A stretch of DNA of 64,000 nucleotides from Heterodontus francisci (Eukaryota): assembly GCF_036365525.1 (NCBI RefSeq), contig NC_090388.1, positions 22,561,619 to 22,625,618 of the forward strand, in the 5' to 3' direction. This document shows positions 23,480 through 35,480 of the stretch, piece by piece (positions within the stretch are counted from its first letter, which is position 1; each line of letters begins with the position of its first letter). The translations under genes were made by a program, and so were the position numbers. A model generated the notes under the pieces. The model saw only the letters and a program-made list of their open reading frames with translations, did no database searches and was not told the DNA's origin.

Positions 23480-25140
23480 ACCACAGCGGATGCCAAGATG
23501 TACCCTTTATTGGCCAGCATTACCATCGGTACTGCTTGGGATGCCATCAGCCTTTGGTAACAACAAATATAGAGACCAACTTACAGGACCGCAACTGCTG
23601 CCACGATCCTTCCCTCTTTCCACCAGTTATACTGCATCCTTGCCATCTTGGCTCAATTGCTGGCCAAGTCCTCCAATAATCTAGCCACTCCTTTGGCTAG
23701 GTTCACCTGCATCTGGCCCCTCGTGATTGCTTGACGGCTTTACTCCATAAACCTCCTATTGGTGGCTAGGGCCCTTTGCACCACTTCCCGGGCTATTCTT
23801 TCCGGGACATTGTCAATATTTAGCGAACCATCCCACCCTGGACTGAATATATATGCGCAAGGACCTTGCCGCAAGGTGCAAATCCCCCCTGCTCGAAAGG
23901 AGTCAGTGATCTGTAGGCAGAAGGTGTGTTTATTATCATACTTCAATCCTCCGTACAAGAATCTTGTCCTGTTAGTCAAAAAGTACCACTGCGTGGGGGA
24001 GGTTTGGGCTGCCTTAAGGGCTCTTTCAAGAGGGCTGATCGATACCACTATGGCAGAGTCATTACTGATGGGTCTCAGTATTATTTTATTTTTATTTTTA
24101 TTTAGAGATACAGCACTGAAACAGGCCCTTCGACCCACCGAGTCTGTGCCGCCAACAACCACCCATTTATACTAACCCTGCAGTAAGGGCGGCACAGTGG
24201 CGCAGTGGTTAGCACCGCAGCCTCACAGCTCCAGATACCCGGGTTCAATTCTAGGTACTGTCTGTGTGGAGTTTGCAAGTTCTCCCTGTGTCTGTGTGGG
24301 TTTCCTCCGGGTGCTCCGGCTTCCTCCCACCGCCAAAGACTTGCAGGTGATAGGTAAATTGGCTGTTATAAATTGCCCCTAGTGTAGGTAGGTGGTAGGG
24401 CATATGGGATTACTGTAGGGTTAGTATAAATGGGTGGTTGTTGGTCAGCGCAGACTCGGTGGGCCGAAGGGCCTGTTTCAGTGCCGTATCACAAATAAAT
24501 AAATTCCCTACCATCTACCCTACACTAGGGGCAGTTTACAATGGCCAATTTACCTATCAACCTGCAATTCTTTGGCTGTGGGAGGAAACCGGAGCACCCG
24601 GCGAAAACACACATGGTCACAGGGAGAACTTGCAAACTCCACACAGGTAGTACCCAGAATTGAACCCGGGTCTCTGGAGCTGTGAGGCTGCGGTGCTAAC
24701 CACTGCACCACTGTGCCGCCCTTGCAAGAACCGATGATGTAATGCTGCAACTCAGTACGACATTCTCATGTCATCAAAAGGGTACTATTTAAACCTGGAG
24801 CTATATACCCCCGGGGTCCTACTTGATACACCAACTCATCCCTCACCACCCCCAAGAATACGAATTTATAACCCCCTAATAAGTACCATTTGCATGTTCT
24901 CGAGGCACAATTATTAGGAACTTGATAGAGGCCATGTAACTACCATTTCCTGTCTTTCCTCATGTAAATTAATAAGGTCTAATCTTTTCACAGCCTGATG
25001 TATGTGTTGCGGGATCGTACCAAATCTTGTATCTTCATTATCTGAAACAACTTTATCACCCACATCCTGAGCCAACATGTCACAGGCCCTTCCCTTTGAG
25101 TTCTCAAACAAATGGAGGCAGATTAGTCCATCCTGCCATG
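23480..25140 (-). pseudogene. Decayed env-position ORF of the ERV-like element
   Basis: Cys-containing reading frames with stops and frameshifts, split by SINEs. Ends in a helix-like stretch and the hydrophobic segment WWKEGRIVAAVAVL*VGLYICCY shortly before the PPT. Confidence 0.5.
24085..24721 (-). mobile_element. HE1/V-SINE-like tRNA SINE interrupted by a second copy (24187-24503, + strand)
   Basis: tRNA head gggcggcacagtggcgcagtggttagc, V-domain gtgggtttcctccgggtgctccgg and CR1-like tail; the inner copy is in the opposite orientation. Confidence 0.9.
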
Positions 25141-28100
25141 ATCAGTCTGGTGTTGGACGCCCTCGGGGTGCTCCCTCCTTTCGGTAGTTGCGCATTGTGT
25201 CCTGCAGGCAAGTGGTTCTGTTATTTACGGTGGGTGCCTCCCATGTTGCCACGGTTACCAGGCGGGTGATCGGGCTGCCTTTGCTCTAGTTTACCTGAAA
25301 CAAAATAATTAGATCTGCTGCTGGCCCTCCTGTTGGCAGAAACAGAATGTGAATCATGTAGTTTGACTTGAGACCATTGGGAATGGTGTCATCCCATGTG
25401 GCATTCCTGAAAAATAAGATACCAATCCCATCACTTTAAGATTTTTCCTTTTCAATCTGTCTATTCAGGATATACGTGTACCAAACCTCTGAGCTAACGC
25501 ACATTGATGATGATTTCATATTTAGTCCAATATTTACTGTTGTCCAAAAAGTAACCACTGAAACAGTGTGTGTAGATTTATTGTTTTCCTAGAATCTCTT
25601 TAAATTTCAGGTTAGAATACGACTCAAATTAATTTAATTTAATTCATCATCTTCAATTCATTGTAGATATCTGATCAAATTCCTGAAGCTGACAGCAATC
25701 TTGTTGCAATCAATTTTGAAAGTTGTATGATTAGTTTAAACTGCTAGCGGAAAGGGTTAACTTTCTGTTAGTTTGAAAGGGGGTGGGACGAATGTTCTCA
25801 ATGATGATGTCACTACCCCTTTTCCTACGAAGAGCGAACAAACCACGAGCTATGGAATAGTCTAAACACATACTTTTCAGGCAGATGAGAAATTTCCCAA
25901 TTAGCAGTATCAAACATTAAAAATTGGCCAGAAATCTCAATTCAAATCTTATAACTTAAACATTTAGTTTTGATCCAACTCATATTCCTCATTGTGAAAT
26001 TCCTTTTTTAAAATGTGCTGACACCCCTTTTGCACAACCACCCTTTAGAGAAGAAAGCATATTAAAACTTACACACCTACATTATCCACACAATTTCTGC
26101 AACACTCATTCAACTTAACTTAAGATGAAAGAAAAAAACAAAGGAAACGCAGTGGTCTTGGTCCTTCGTTTAAATCTGCTAAACTTCAAACCTTTCTCAA
26201 GCATGGGGGGAGTGAAAAGGTGGTCTTAGAGTTCTTCACCCACAGGAACAATTGAATTGACAGTGCTGAGTAACATTACCTATCGTCCCGCTTAAAGGGA
26301 ACCTTCTCTCTTTTCCTTTGCCAAAACAAAGCGTGTACTTTAACAGCTTCCCATCCATTTTATACAGCTATCAAAACTTTAAAACATCATGCAGGACCAG
26401 GCCACTGAAGGTTAATAAGCCATTAGTTTGGTGACGCCGACAGAGCTAACACAGACAGACAAGGAAATCACAGTACACTAATATAATGCACAAACAGAAA
26501 CTTATGCACGCACAAGTTTTCTTTTTTTTAAAATCTTTTCTGACAGCATTTTAATTTACTGTGGTGCTTCCAACTTAATTCCTCCTAACGCTTCTCTGAC
26601 TCCTGTTTGTGTCTGTTCAGGACAGTTCCCTAAAATGGTAAAACAACACCAAGTTGTTTACCGCTGACATTCGTAGATAATTTATCTTTCCTCATGACTG
26701 CTACGCACCATGCACCCACTCTCATGGCCTTATGTGCCCAAGACACAGAACTACAGTTCCCTTTTCTGTTTTATCCTCAGTTTATTTGTTTGTTCTTTAT
26801 CTTGGATGACATTTTAGTTTCTTAAAAGTAACTTGCTAAATTGCACTGGACTTTTTGCATCTCAAAGTTATCCCAAATTCAAATAACAGGGTTGCTGGGG
26901 TGACAGGTTTTGTTAATGTTCCATTGAGTTCCTCCCAAAAGAAACATTTCTCTATATTCAAAGAAACCGTATAGAATTTTTGTTTTTTTAATTAGTCTAA
27001 ATTTGATTTTCCTCTTAAACTTCAAAGCATCTCAATCAGAGAAGACAGCATTTTAGATTAAACTCTTAATTGTTTCCAAACTTTTAACATTTTGTAAGAG
27101 GTTCCTAACTCAAGGATTTTTTTTTTAAAAGTACAACAAAGATGATTCCAAATTCCAATTCACAGCCCTAAACATTTAAAAGTCAAAACTGCCAATGTTA
27201 TATACGAGTGAGCCTTATATCTGGAAGGTCACTAGTGAAATTCCAGTCTTCTCAACTTAACTGGTCAGTTAACCGTAATAATTTAAATTTAATTCAAACC
27301 AATGCTTATTAACTACATATAGAACAGAATAATACGTGCTCTTTTAAAAGAAAGCTAAATTACATCATTTTCATGGTCTTTCTTCCAGCTTCTTTTCAAA
27401 TGACTGTAATAAACCAAAAACTAAAGAAAAGGTTATTTAACATTCTTAGAACGAATACTTAACACCATCCTCTTAAACTGATTTTAAAATCCTTTTCAAT
27501 ATATCCTTTATTTATCCTTTAACAGTCAGTAAGATTTGTATTTAAACTGCAAAAAAGCAATAGTAGATTTTAAACTTTGGTCCAATTAAAGTAACACGTT
27601 TAAAAGCTTCAACTTGGATTTCTGTCAGGCATTTCCAAGCCTTCAAGGCTGACGCTTATCTCCGACAAAGATGAATTGTGCATTGTCTTTTCACAGTCTC
27701 AAAACCGGCTTTTAAAATACAAATAAAACACTGTACCACCATTTTTAATTTAAAATATTCATCTTTTATATCCTGTTTTTGGGTGCACAATCTTAAATTG
27801 AAATGAACACACTCAACAATCACAGTTTCTTAATTCTATACAACTTAGAAATATTGATTCCTGTAATGGGTTATGAATTCAAAGTACCAAAAATCTGCAT
27901 TAAATTTCCAGTCCCAAACCCAAGGAACACACCCAGGTTCAACTAGTTCACACCCAAAACATGACTCAAGGTTTCCACAGAAATATACATGTGCAAGAGA
28001 ACTAGTAACAGACTCATACTTTCAATGTTAAAGCCAGACAACAAAGGGTTAACGACTGTCAACTCTATAGCACACAAGCTACAGAGACAAGGACATAAGT

Positions 28101-29779
28101 CATGGAAGCTTCCAACATTCATACAGACTTGAACAAAGACACAGTAGCTTGTTTTTATGCACTTTTAAATTGCACTAAAGCATCTTGTTTAAATTGTCCT
28201 TCTGAACCTCAATCTGATACCTCTCACTTTCCCACTCTGGCTCTCGCACTTGTAACCTGTCTCTTTTCCTGAGTTAGCCTAGCTAATTCAGACATTCCAG
28301 AATGTCACATGGCAAGATAGCACTTGCATAATATAATGACTCCCTTTTGTCTATTCTTTCCTTTTACTTATCTGGAGTCCTCGAGGGATCCCAACCTTCC
28401 TGATCATTTTATCGAAAGGTCGTCTTGTTTTTGGCTGCCAAAAATTCGGTGAGTGACCCTTTTGGGTCGCCACTCTGAATTCTCATTTGCCATGGCTGAT
28501 GTTTTATAGTCTGACTATCATTACTACTTGTGTGGGTACGGACCTCTCACTACCCTACGATTGTTCCTACGTGGGAAACTGACCTCTCATTTCCTCTCCG
28601 ATCGTTCTTTCTTCCTCTCTGCGGGAAGCGGACCTCTTGCTTTCTCTATGGACGTTCGCTACTTGTGTGGGTATGGACCTCTCACTACCTTATGATCATT
28701 CCTACGTGAGAAATGGACCTCTTGTTTCCTCTCTGATCATTCTTACTTCTCTTGGTTAACCTCGAGAATGATATTACCTCCTCGTTTACCCAAGGAACTG
28801 CGATCCTGGCCCTGCACTGTCCACCTGTGGGCCCGTCCTTTGGTTTGGATCCTTAAATCGGCTCGCCAGCTTCCCATCCTGAATGCCGACCTCCCTATCT
28901 AATGGGTGGTAAAGTAAATGTGCTCACCTGCTCTCTGAGGCCAACATTCGACTGGGCACCATGACTGAGCCTTGAGGATCCTGCCAACTACGCCAAATTG
29001 TTGTGGAGAAAAACACCACTCTCTTGAGTCCACGGGATTAAAGTAAATAAATGTTTTTAATCAAGCATGGGAGAAGTATCTGGTGAAATATCCAGAGGCT
29101 TCTCAGTGAAACAGAGTCTGTAGTACAAATTTATAGAATCCAATAACCATTACTCATTCGTTCACATTACCCCAACACATTCCAGGTCTGCAGCTTGATC
29201 AATAAACTGGATTGTATTGCCCCACTAACATACTCCTGTTGTCTCTTTTCCCAGTTTTGAAGCTGGCATCTCCACTGTTCATGGCCTCCTGTTGCATCTG
29301 CACTCGCATCCTTATCTCCTTGATTAGTGAAATAAGGACAGCGTGTTTATGCAGATGTGGAGGCAGTTAGGCTCCGGTTGTACTACTTTCCCTGGACCAT
29401 GGCCACGTATCCTATCATGCCCTGGTTCCCCACAACTACAATGTTTTTTCCATATTTCCTCTAAGATTGTTAGCGCATTCTAGTGTTTTTTTTCCATATT
29501 TCCTCTAAGACTAATGCTGAATAGTCTACTAATGTTGCCCTACTTGTCCCGCTTCAATGTGCTATGACCTGTGGAGTAGTGGGACTGAATTAACAGAGCA
29601 TTGCTCCCACCTTGGTTGTAACGTGTTTCTTTACTTGTCCCATTACCACTCACTTTGGCTTTACACCACCAACCCTTTTGTCTTCCACCCTATGTCAGAC
29701 CTTCCTTTTTAGTTCTTTTCCCCCCCCCCTCCCTTCCCCTTGCACTTACATAAAACCTATTCATCTCATAACTTTTCCC

Positions 29780-29816
29780 AGTTCTGATGAAAGGTCATCG
29801 ACCTGAAATGTTAACT
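29780..29816 (+). ncRNA. Minimal type-I hammerhead ribozyme motif in a Penelope pLTR
   Basis: agtt-CTGATGA-a-aggtc(atc)gacct-GAAA-tg-TT-aact: stem I agtt/aact, stem II aggtc/gacct, core intact. Activity untested. Confidence 0.7.
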
Positions 29817-30469
29817 CTGTTTCTCTATCTAAAGATGCTGCCTGATCTGTTGAGTATGTTCAGAATTTTTATTTTTATTTCAGACTTCTGGCATCTACAG
29901 TGTTTTGCTTTTGTATTAGGTTTCCTGTCGTGTTAGTCATGAGTAGCTCAGGGCACTGATCAAGAGCATGTATGGAATGCTGGGAAAATATATTGAGAAT
30001 GCATGTGTTGAAAGTCATGTCAATGTGAAATTAAGGCATTTGGCATGTTTTGTACCCTCTTGGCATGTGGCAGATATAAAACTTTTAATCAGATAAATTT
30101 GTATCCAGGCTACATTAGTATGTTATGTGCAGCAAGTGACTTTGTATTATAACTAACATTTGAGCTCAAATTGATGAGTTCAATAACGACCACTGTTTTC
30201 AAATCTTGAGATTATTTCTATTTCTGCATTGCTTATTTAAACAGTTTGACATGAAATTTAAACATCTGCTCCCTCCTCTATTTTGTGTACTCTGGCTGCA
30301 GTGTGTACTATCTACAGGATTCACTGTAGTACCTCACCAAGGCTTCGTTAGCAGCATCTCAAACCAGTGATCTCCACCACCCAGAAGGACAAGGGGAGTC
30401 AGTGAATTGGAACATCATCCCTTCCAAGTCATACACCAATCTCACTTGGCCATATATCGCTTATCTATA

Positions 30470-32622
30470 TATGCCAAAAGTGGACTGCATACAGCTACTT
30501 GAATGAAAATCAGTGGCAAACCAGTGGGTGGCATTCAAAAGCGAGATACCACAGGCACAGAGTAGGCATGTCCCCACAAAGATAAACGAGGGAATACTGC
30601 CAAATCTAGAGTCCCCTGGTTATCTAGAAGCTTACAGAGTAAGTTCAAGCAGAAAAAGAAAGCTTATGACTATCACAAAAATCTTAATACTTTAGAGAGC
30701 TTAGAGGAGTATAGAAAGTGCAAGGGTGAAGTAAAAAAGGAAATTAGAAAAGCAGAGCGAGGACTTGAAAAATTATTGGCAGGTAAAATCAAGGAAAACC
30801 CAAAGATGTTTTATCAGTACATTAAGAGCAAGAGGATAACTAAGGAAAGGGTAGGGCCTGTCAGAGATGTACAAGGGAACTTATGCGTGGATGCAGAAGA
30901 TGTGGACAGGGTTCTAAATGCGTTTTTTTGTCTTCACAAAGAGGACGGTTGATGTAGACTTGTAGTTAAAGAGGAGGAGTGTGAAATATTAGATACAATA
31001 CTCATAATGAGAGGAAGTACTAGAGGGTCTGGCATCCTTGAAAGTGGATAAATCGCCAGGGCCAGATGGGTTGCATCCCAGGTTGTTAAAGGAAGCCAGG
31101 GAGGAAATAGCAGATGCGCTGAGGATCATCTTCAAATCCTCACTAGATACAGGCGAGGTACCAGACAGTTGGAGATCTGCGAATGCTGTACCATTGTTTA
31201 AAAAGGGTGTGAGGAATAGGGCAGATAATTATAGGCCAGTCAGTCTGACTTCAGTGGTGGGTAAATTGTTAGAATCAATTCTGAGGGACAGGATAAACTA
31301 TCACTTAGAAAGGCACGGATTAATCAGGGATAGTCAACACGGATTTGTTAGGGGAAGGTCATTTCTTACTAACGTAATTGAGTTTTCTGAGGAAGTAACA
31401 AGGAGGAATGATGAGGGTCGTGCAGTGGATGTGATCTACATGGATTTAAGTAAGGTGTTTGACAAGGTCCCACATGGCAGACTGGTCAGTAAAATGAAAG
31501 CCCATGGGATACAGGGGAATGTGGCAGGATGGATCCAAAATTGGCTCTGACAGTAAACAAAGGGTAGTAGTCGAAGGATGTTTTTGTGAATGGAAAGCGG
31601 TTTCCAGTGGCATTCCACAGGGCTCAGTGTTGGGTCCCTTGCTGTTTGTGGTATATATTAATGATTCGGACTTAAATGTGGAGGCATGATTGGGAAATTT
31701 GCAGATGATACAAAAGTTGGGCATGTAGTTGATAGTGAAGAGGATAACTGTAGACTCCAGAATGATATCAATGGTTTGGTTGAGTGTGTGGAAAAGTGGC
31801 AAATGGAATTCAATCCAGAGAAGTCTGAGGTAATGCATTTGGGGAGGGCAAATAAAGCAAGGGAATAAATAATAAATGGGAGGATATTGAGAGGGGTAGA
31901 AGAGGTGAGAGACCTTGGAGTCCACAGGTCCCTGAAGATGGCAGGGCAGGTAGATAGAGTGATGAAGAAGGCATATGGAATGCTTTCCTTTATTGGCCGA
32001 GGTATAGAATCCAAAAGCAGGGATGTAATGCTGGAACTGAATAAAACCCTGGTTAGGCCACAGCTAGAGTATTGCTTAGAGTTCTGGTCTCCACATTACA
32101 GGAAGGACATAATTGCTCTGGAGAGAGTGCAGAGGAGATTTACAAGAATGTTGCCCGGGCTTGAAAGTTGCAGCTATGAGGAAAGATTGGATAGGCTAGG
32201 GTTGTTTTCTTTAGAACAGAGAAGGCTGAGGAGTGACTTAATAGAAATGTACAAAATTATGAGGCGCCTAAATAGAGTCGACAGGAAGGGCCTGTTTCCC
32301 CTAGCAGAGAGGTCGGTTACCAAGGGGCACAGATTTAAGGTGATTGGTAGAAGGATTAGAGGGGACATGAGCAAAGATGATTTCACCCAGAGGATGGTGG
32401 GTGTCTGAAATTCACTGCCAGGAGCGGTGGTGGAGGCAGGAACCCACAATTCTTTTGCAAGGTACCTGGACATGCATCTGAAATGCTGTAACTTGCAAGG
32501 CTATGGACCACATGCTGGAAGGTGGGATTAGATTGGGCAGCTAGTTTTTCTTTTCCGGCTGGCACAGACACAATGGGCTGAATGGCCTCCTTCTGTGCCA
32601 TAATTTTTCTAGGTTCTATGGT
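30470..32622 (+). mobile_element. CR1 LINE, 5'-truncated, inserted in an older LINE 3' end (~30285-30460 and ~32622-32800)
   Basis: KSPGPDGLHP, NYRPVSLTS, GIPQGSVLGP, KFADDTK, LEYCLEFWSP; tail ttctaggttctatgg. Confidence 0.92.
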
Positions 32623-34247
32623 TGTTCATTGTCACTGGGCCAAAATCTTGGAACTCCCTACCTAACAGCATTGTGGGTGCACACCCAGTACATTGACTGC
32701 GACAATTCAAGATGAGGGCCCATCACCACCACCTCAAGAGCAACGAGGGTTGGACAGTAAATGCTGGCCTTGTCAGCAACACCCACATCCCAAGAATTTT
32801 TTAATTACATAACTGATTTCAATCTCCTGTGTCAGCACTCCAGGGGCATTTGTGTGTTTGTCACTCGTTATTCTAAAGTATGTTTTTTAAAATGTGCCAC
32901 TTATACCTGTTAAAACATGGCAACCATAGGTCAAAAGACCAGGCTTTGTATATTCAAACTGTCTGGCAAAGACAAAAGAATACATTCATAACGAACAGGT
33001 GTCAATTCATCCATCCTGAATCCATCAAAAGACACTTTTGAATTGAATAGGTTCTTCTGAAACAAAGAAGATGTGAAGTAGCCACATCCTGGGCCATTGT
33101 CAGTCACCACAGGGAGGAGAATCCCCATCTCCCACAGAGGTGAGATGTGAGAAACTTTTAGCTTTAAGGTTGTAAGTTTTCAGGTAGATGTTAACTGAAT
33201 AAAGGTGAGACAGAGGATACCCAACCTGCCTCACCTTGGGATTCTTGACCAAGATAGACCTACAAGGTACAGACTCAAGTTCTGTGATCAAGGCAAAGTT
33301 TATTAGGCTTAACTAAGATGCACAAAGCTGATATTTAAACAACGACAATAGGTATACAGCTGCAACTCAGCACCGATTCTTGCTTCTGAGCTCGCTGAGG
33401 CACGGACTTCTCTTCTCTTGCTGTGTTCTGTTGACCGTAGGCTAACTTCTTCTCAGTGGGCCAACGATATTCTGTTAACTCCTCTCTAAGTGTGCCACTG
33501 AAGTCCCAAACTCTCCTCTTTTTATTCCTCTTGGGGGGTCTCTGTCTTGCCATATTATTCCATGATCTAATTCAGCCAACATGATTGGGTTAAGACTACA
33601 TCCTTCTTTGCTCCTAGTCTCATGATGACTTAGCACATAGACCCTTACAGTTTTTAACTCTTGCCAGATACCTCATGTTCCCCTTTTTTACTGAGAGTTC
33701 AATTTCTGCAGCTTTGTGGATTTAACGACTGGACTCTTTGACATTTTTTATCCTTGTCTTGCATAAGTGCAGAAAAATATGTTTTCCAAACTCTACAAAT
33801 GACAATTCAGCATTAAGCACCTATACATTGACCTATTTCGGTTAAGTCTGTCCATCATGCCTTGCAGGCAAGCCTTGTCACTAGTTTCTTGCAGGAAGAG
33901 TATTAGAGTTATTCGTAAAAGGAAATGACGAAAATGTTATAAACCTTACAAGGTAGCTCCCTAAAGAGAGAGAGAGAGAGACGACCCAGGAAGAAGCATC
34001 ACTAAAAGCTGTCTGTTTATTTGACAAATAAATCACAAAGGGGGTTAAAACCCTAATAACAAAAAAGCACTTGCTGCAGTCAGGTGTAAGTTGAACAATG
34101 GGAGCCACCCACACTCCTCACCACGTGGCAGTACAAGACTAAGTATAGGGGGTCAACCGTTAACTCGAAGATGGTTCATTCAATCAGAATGTTGAAGCTT
34201 GATTCATTGTGCACAGATGCAGGAACACCTTGGAGTTTGGCTCAATA

Positions 34248-35069
34248 AACATAGGAACATAGGAAGATAGGAACAGGAGTAGGCCATTCAGCCCCTTGAG
34301 CCTGTCCCACCATTCAATGAGATCATGGCGGAACGCGGCCTAACTCCATATACCTGCCTTTGGCCCATATCCCTTAATATCTTTGCTTAACAAAAATCTA
34401 TCTATCTCAGATTTAAAGTTAACAACTGTTGTAGCTTCAACTGCTGTTTGTGGGAGAGAGTTCCAAACCTCTACCACCCCTTGCGTGAAGAAGTGCTTCC
34501 TAACATCTCTCCTGAACGGTCTGGTCCTAATTTTTAGACTATGCCCCCTAGTTTTAGAATCTCCAACCAGTGGAAATAGTTTATCTTTATCTAGCTTGTC
34601 CTTTCCTGTTAATATCTTGAAGACTTCAATCAGATCACCCCTCAACCTTCTAAATTCTAGCAAAAACAGGCCTAATTTGTGTAATCTCTCCTCGTAACTT
34701 AACCTCTGTAGTCCAGGTATCATTCTTGTAAACCTACGTTGCAGTCCCTCCAAGGCCAATATATCCTTCCTAAGGTGTGGGGCCCAGAACTGCTCACAGT
34801 ACTCCAAGTAGGGTCTAACCAGGGTTTTGTACAGCTGCAGCATAACCTCTGTGTCTTTGTACTCCAATCCTCTAGTTATAAAGGCTAGCATTCCATTCGC
34901 CTTTTTGATTATTTTCTGGCATTTTAAAGATCTATGCACCTGAACCCCCAAGTCTCTTTGGACATCCACTGTACTTAACCTCTTCCCATTTAGAAAGTAC
35001 CCTGATCTATCCTTTTTTGGTCCAAAATGGATAACGTCACACTTGCCCGCATTGAAATCCATCTGCCAC
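34248..35069 (-). mobile_element. CR1 LINE 3' portion with an open frame
   Basis: 248-aa ORF 34340-35086 (WQMDFNAGKC...LEYCEQFWAPH) and an (aacatagg)n tail. Confidence 0.92.
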
Positions 35070-35480
35070 AGACATTCGTAAAACAAACATCCCTCACTAG
35101 ATCAAATAGAGAACCATAGATAAACAGGAAATATTTATAAACAATTGAGGCCCTATCGGGGTCCTCAATTACTCAGTGAGTTTGCTGAGGAAATAGCGTG
35201 AGTTGGATTGTCCTGGACATGATCTCCAATTCCACTAGCAGTGTGCAGTAATTGCCTTCAGAACCCCTCGGTTAAGGATACCAATGTGTCCTTGACATTG
35301 CTTTAAAAAAAAAATGGAATTAATGGCCTACATCAAGTTGTCAGATTAGAAAGTAAAGCAGTGCAACAACATAGATTTGGATCGAGGGTTCCCATTCCAT
35401 TTGGTTATTTCTCACCAAAAAGCTGCACTCACAATTAAGTCAGTTGAGTTAAGAGTTCCAATCAAGTTAGATACTATAAT

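Larger units (their letters stand above)
22403..29556 (-). mobile_element. Non-autonomous ERV-like LTR element, antisense to the host gene
   Basis: Two homologous TG...CA LTRs (22403-23230, 28999-29556). PBS TGGCGTAGTTGGCAGGAT at 28995-28978 (17/18 match to tRNA-Ser 3' end), PPT aaaaggaaggac at 23242-23231, and 4-bp flanks atat/atgt. Confidence 0.9.
21600..29621 (+). mobile_element. Gypsy-type LTR (related to 8362-9222) interrupted by an ERV-like element
   Basis: aataaa...aaagaaacctggtttgg...gatat (to 22402) resumes after 29556 as gctatgacctgtggagtagtgggactgaatt...gttgtaac. Left end uncertain. Confidence 0.65.
20745..29916 (+). mobile_element. Penelope-like insertion expanded by nested elements
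   Basis: Inverted pLTR at 20745-20829, Penelope 3' sequence at ~21530-21596 resuming at ~29622, and a sense pLTR to 29916. Flanks taggcttcctgtgg/taggtttcctgtcg. Confidence 0.7.

Noticed and set aside
23188-23679. 163-aa plus-strand ORF
   Set aside because: Antisense to the ERV env-position region and crossing the LTR boundary; no recognisable motifs.
24187-24260. tRNA-like sequence (also at ~50220-50295, 51411 and 57210)
   Set aside because: These are SINE heads followed by a V-domain and CR1 tail, not tRNA genes.
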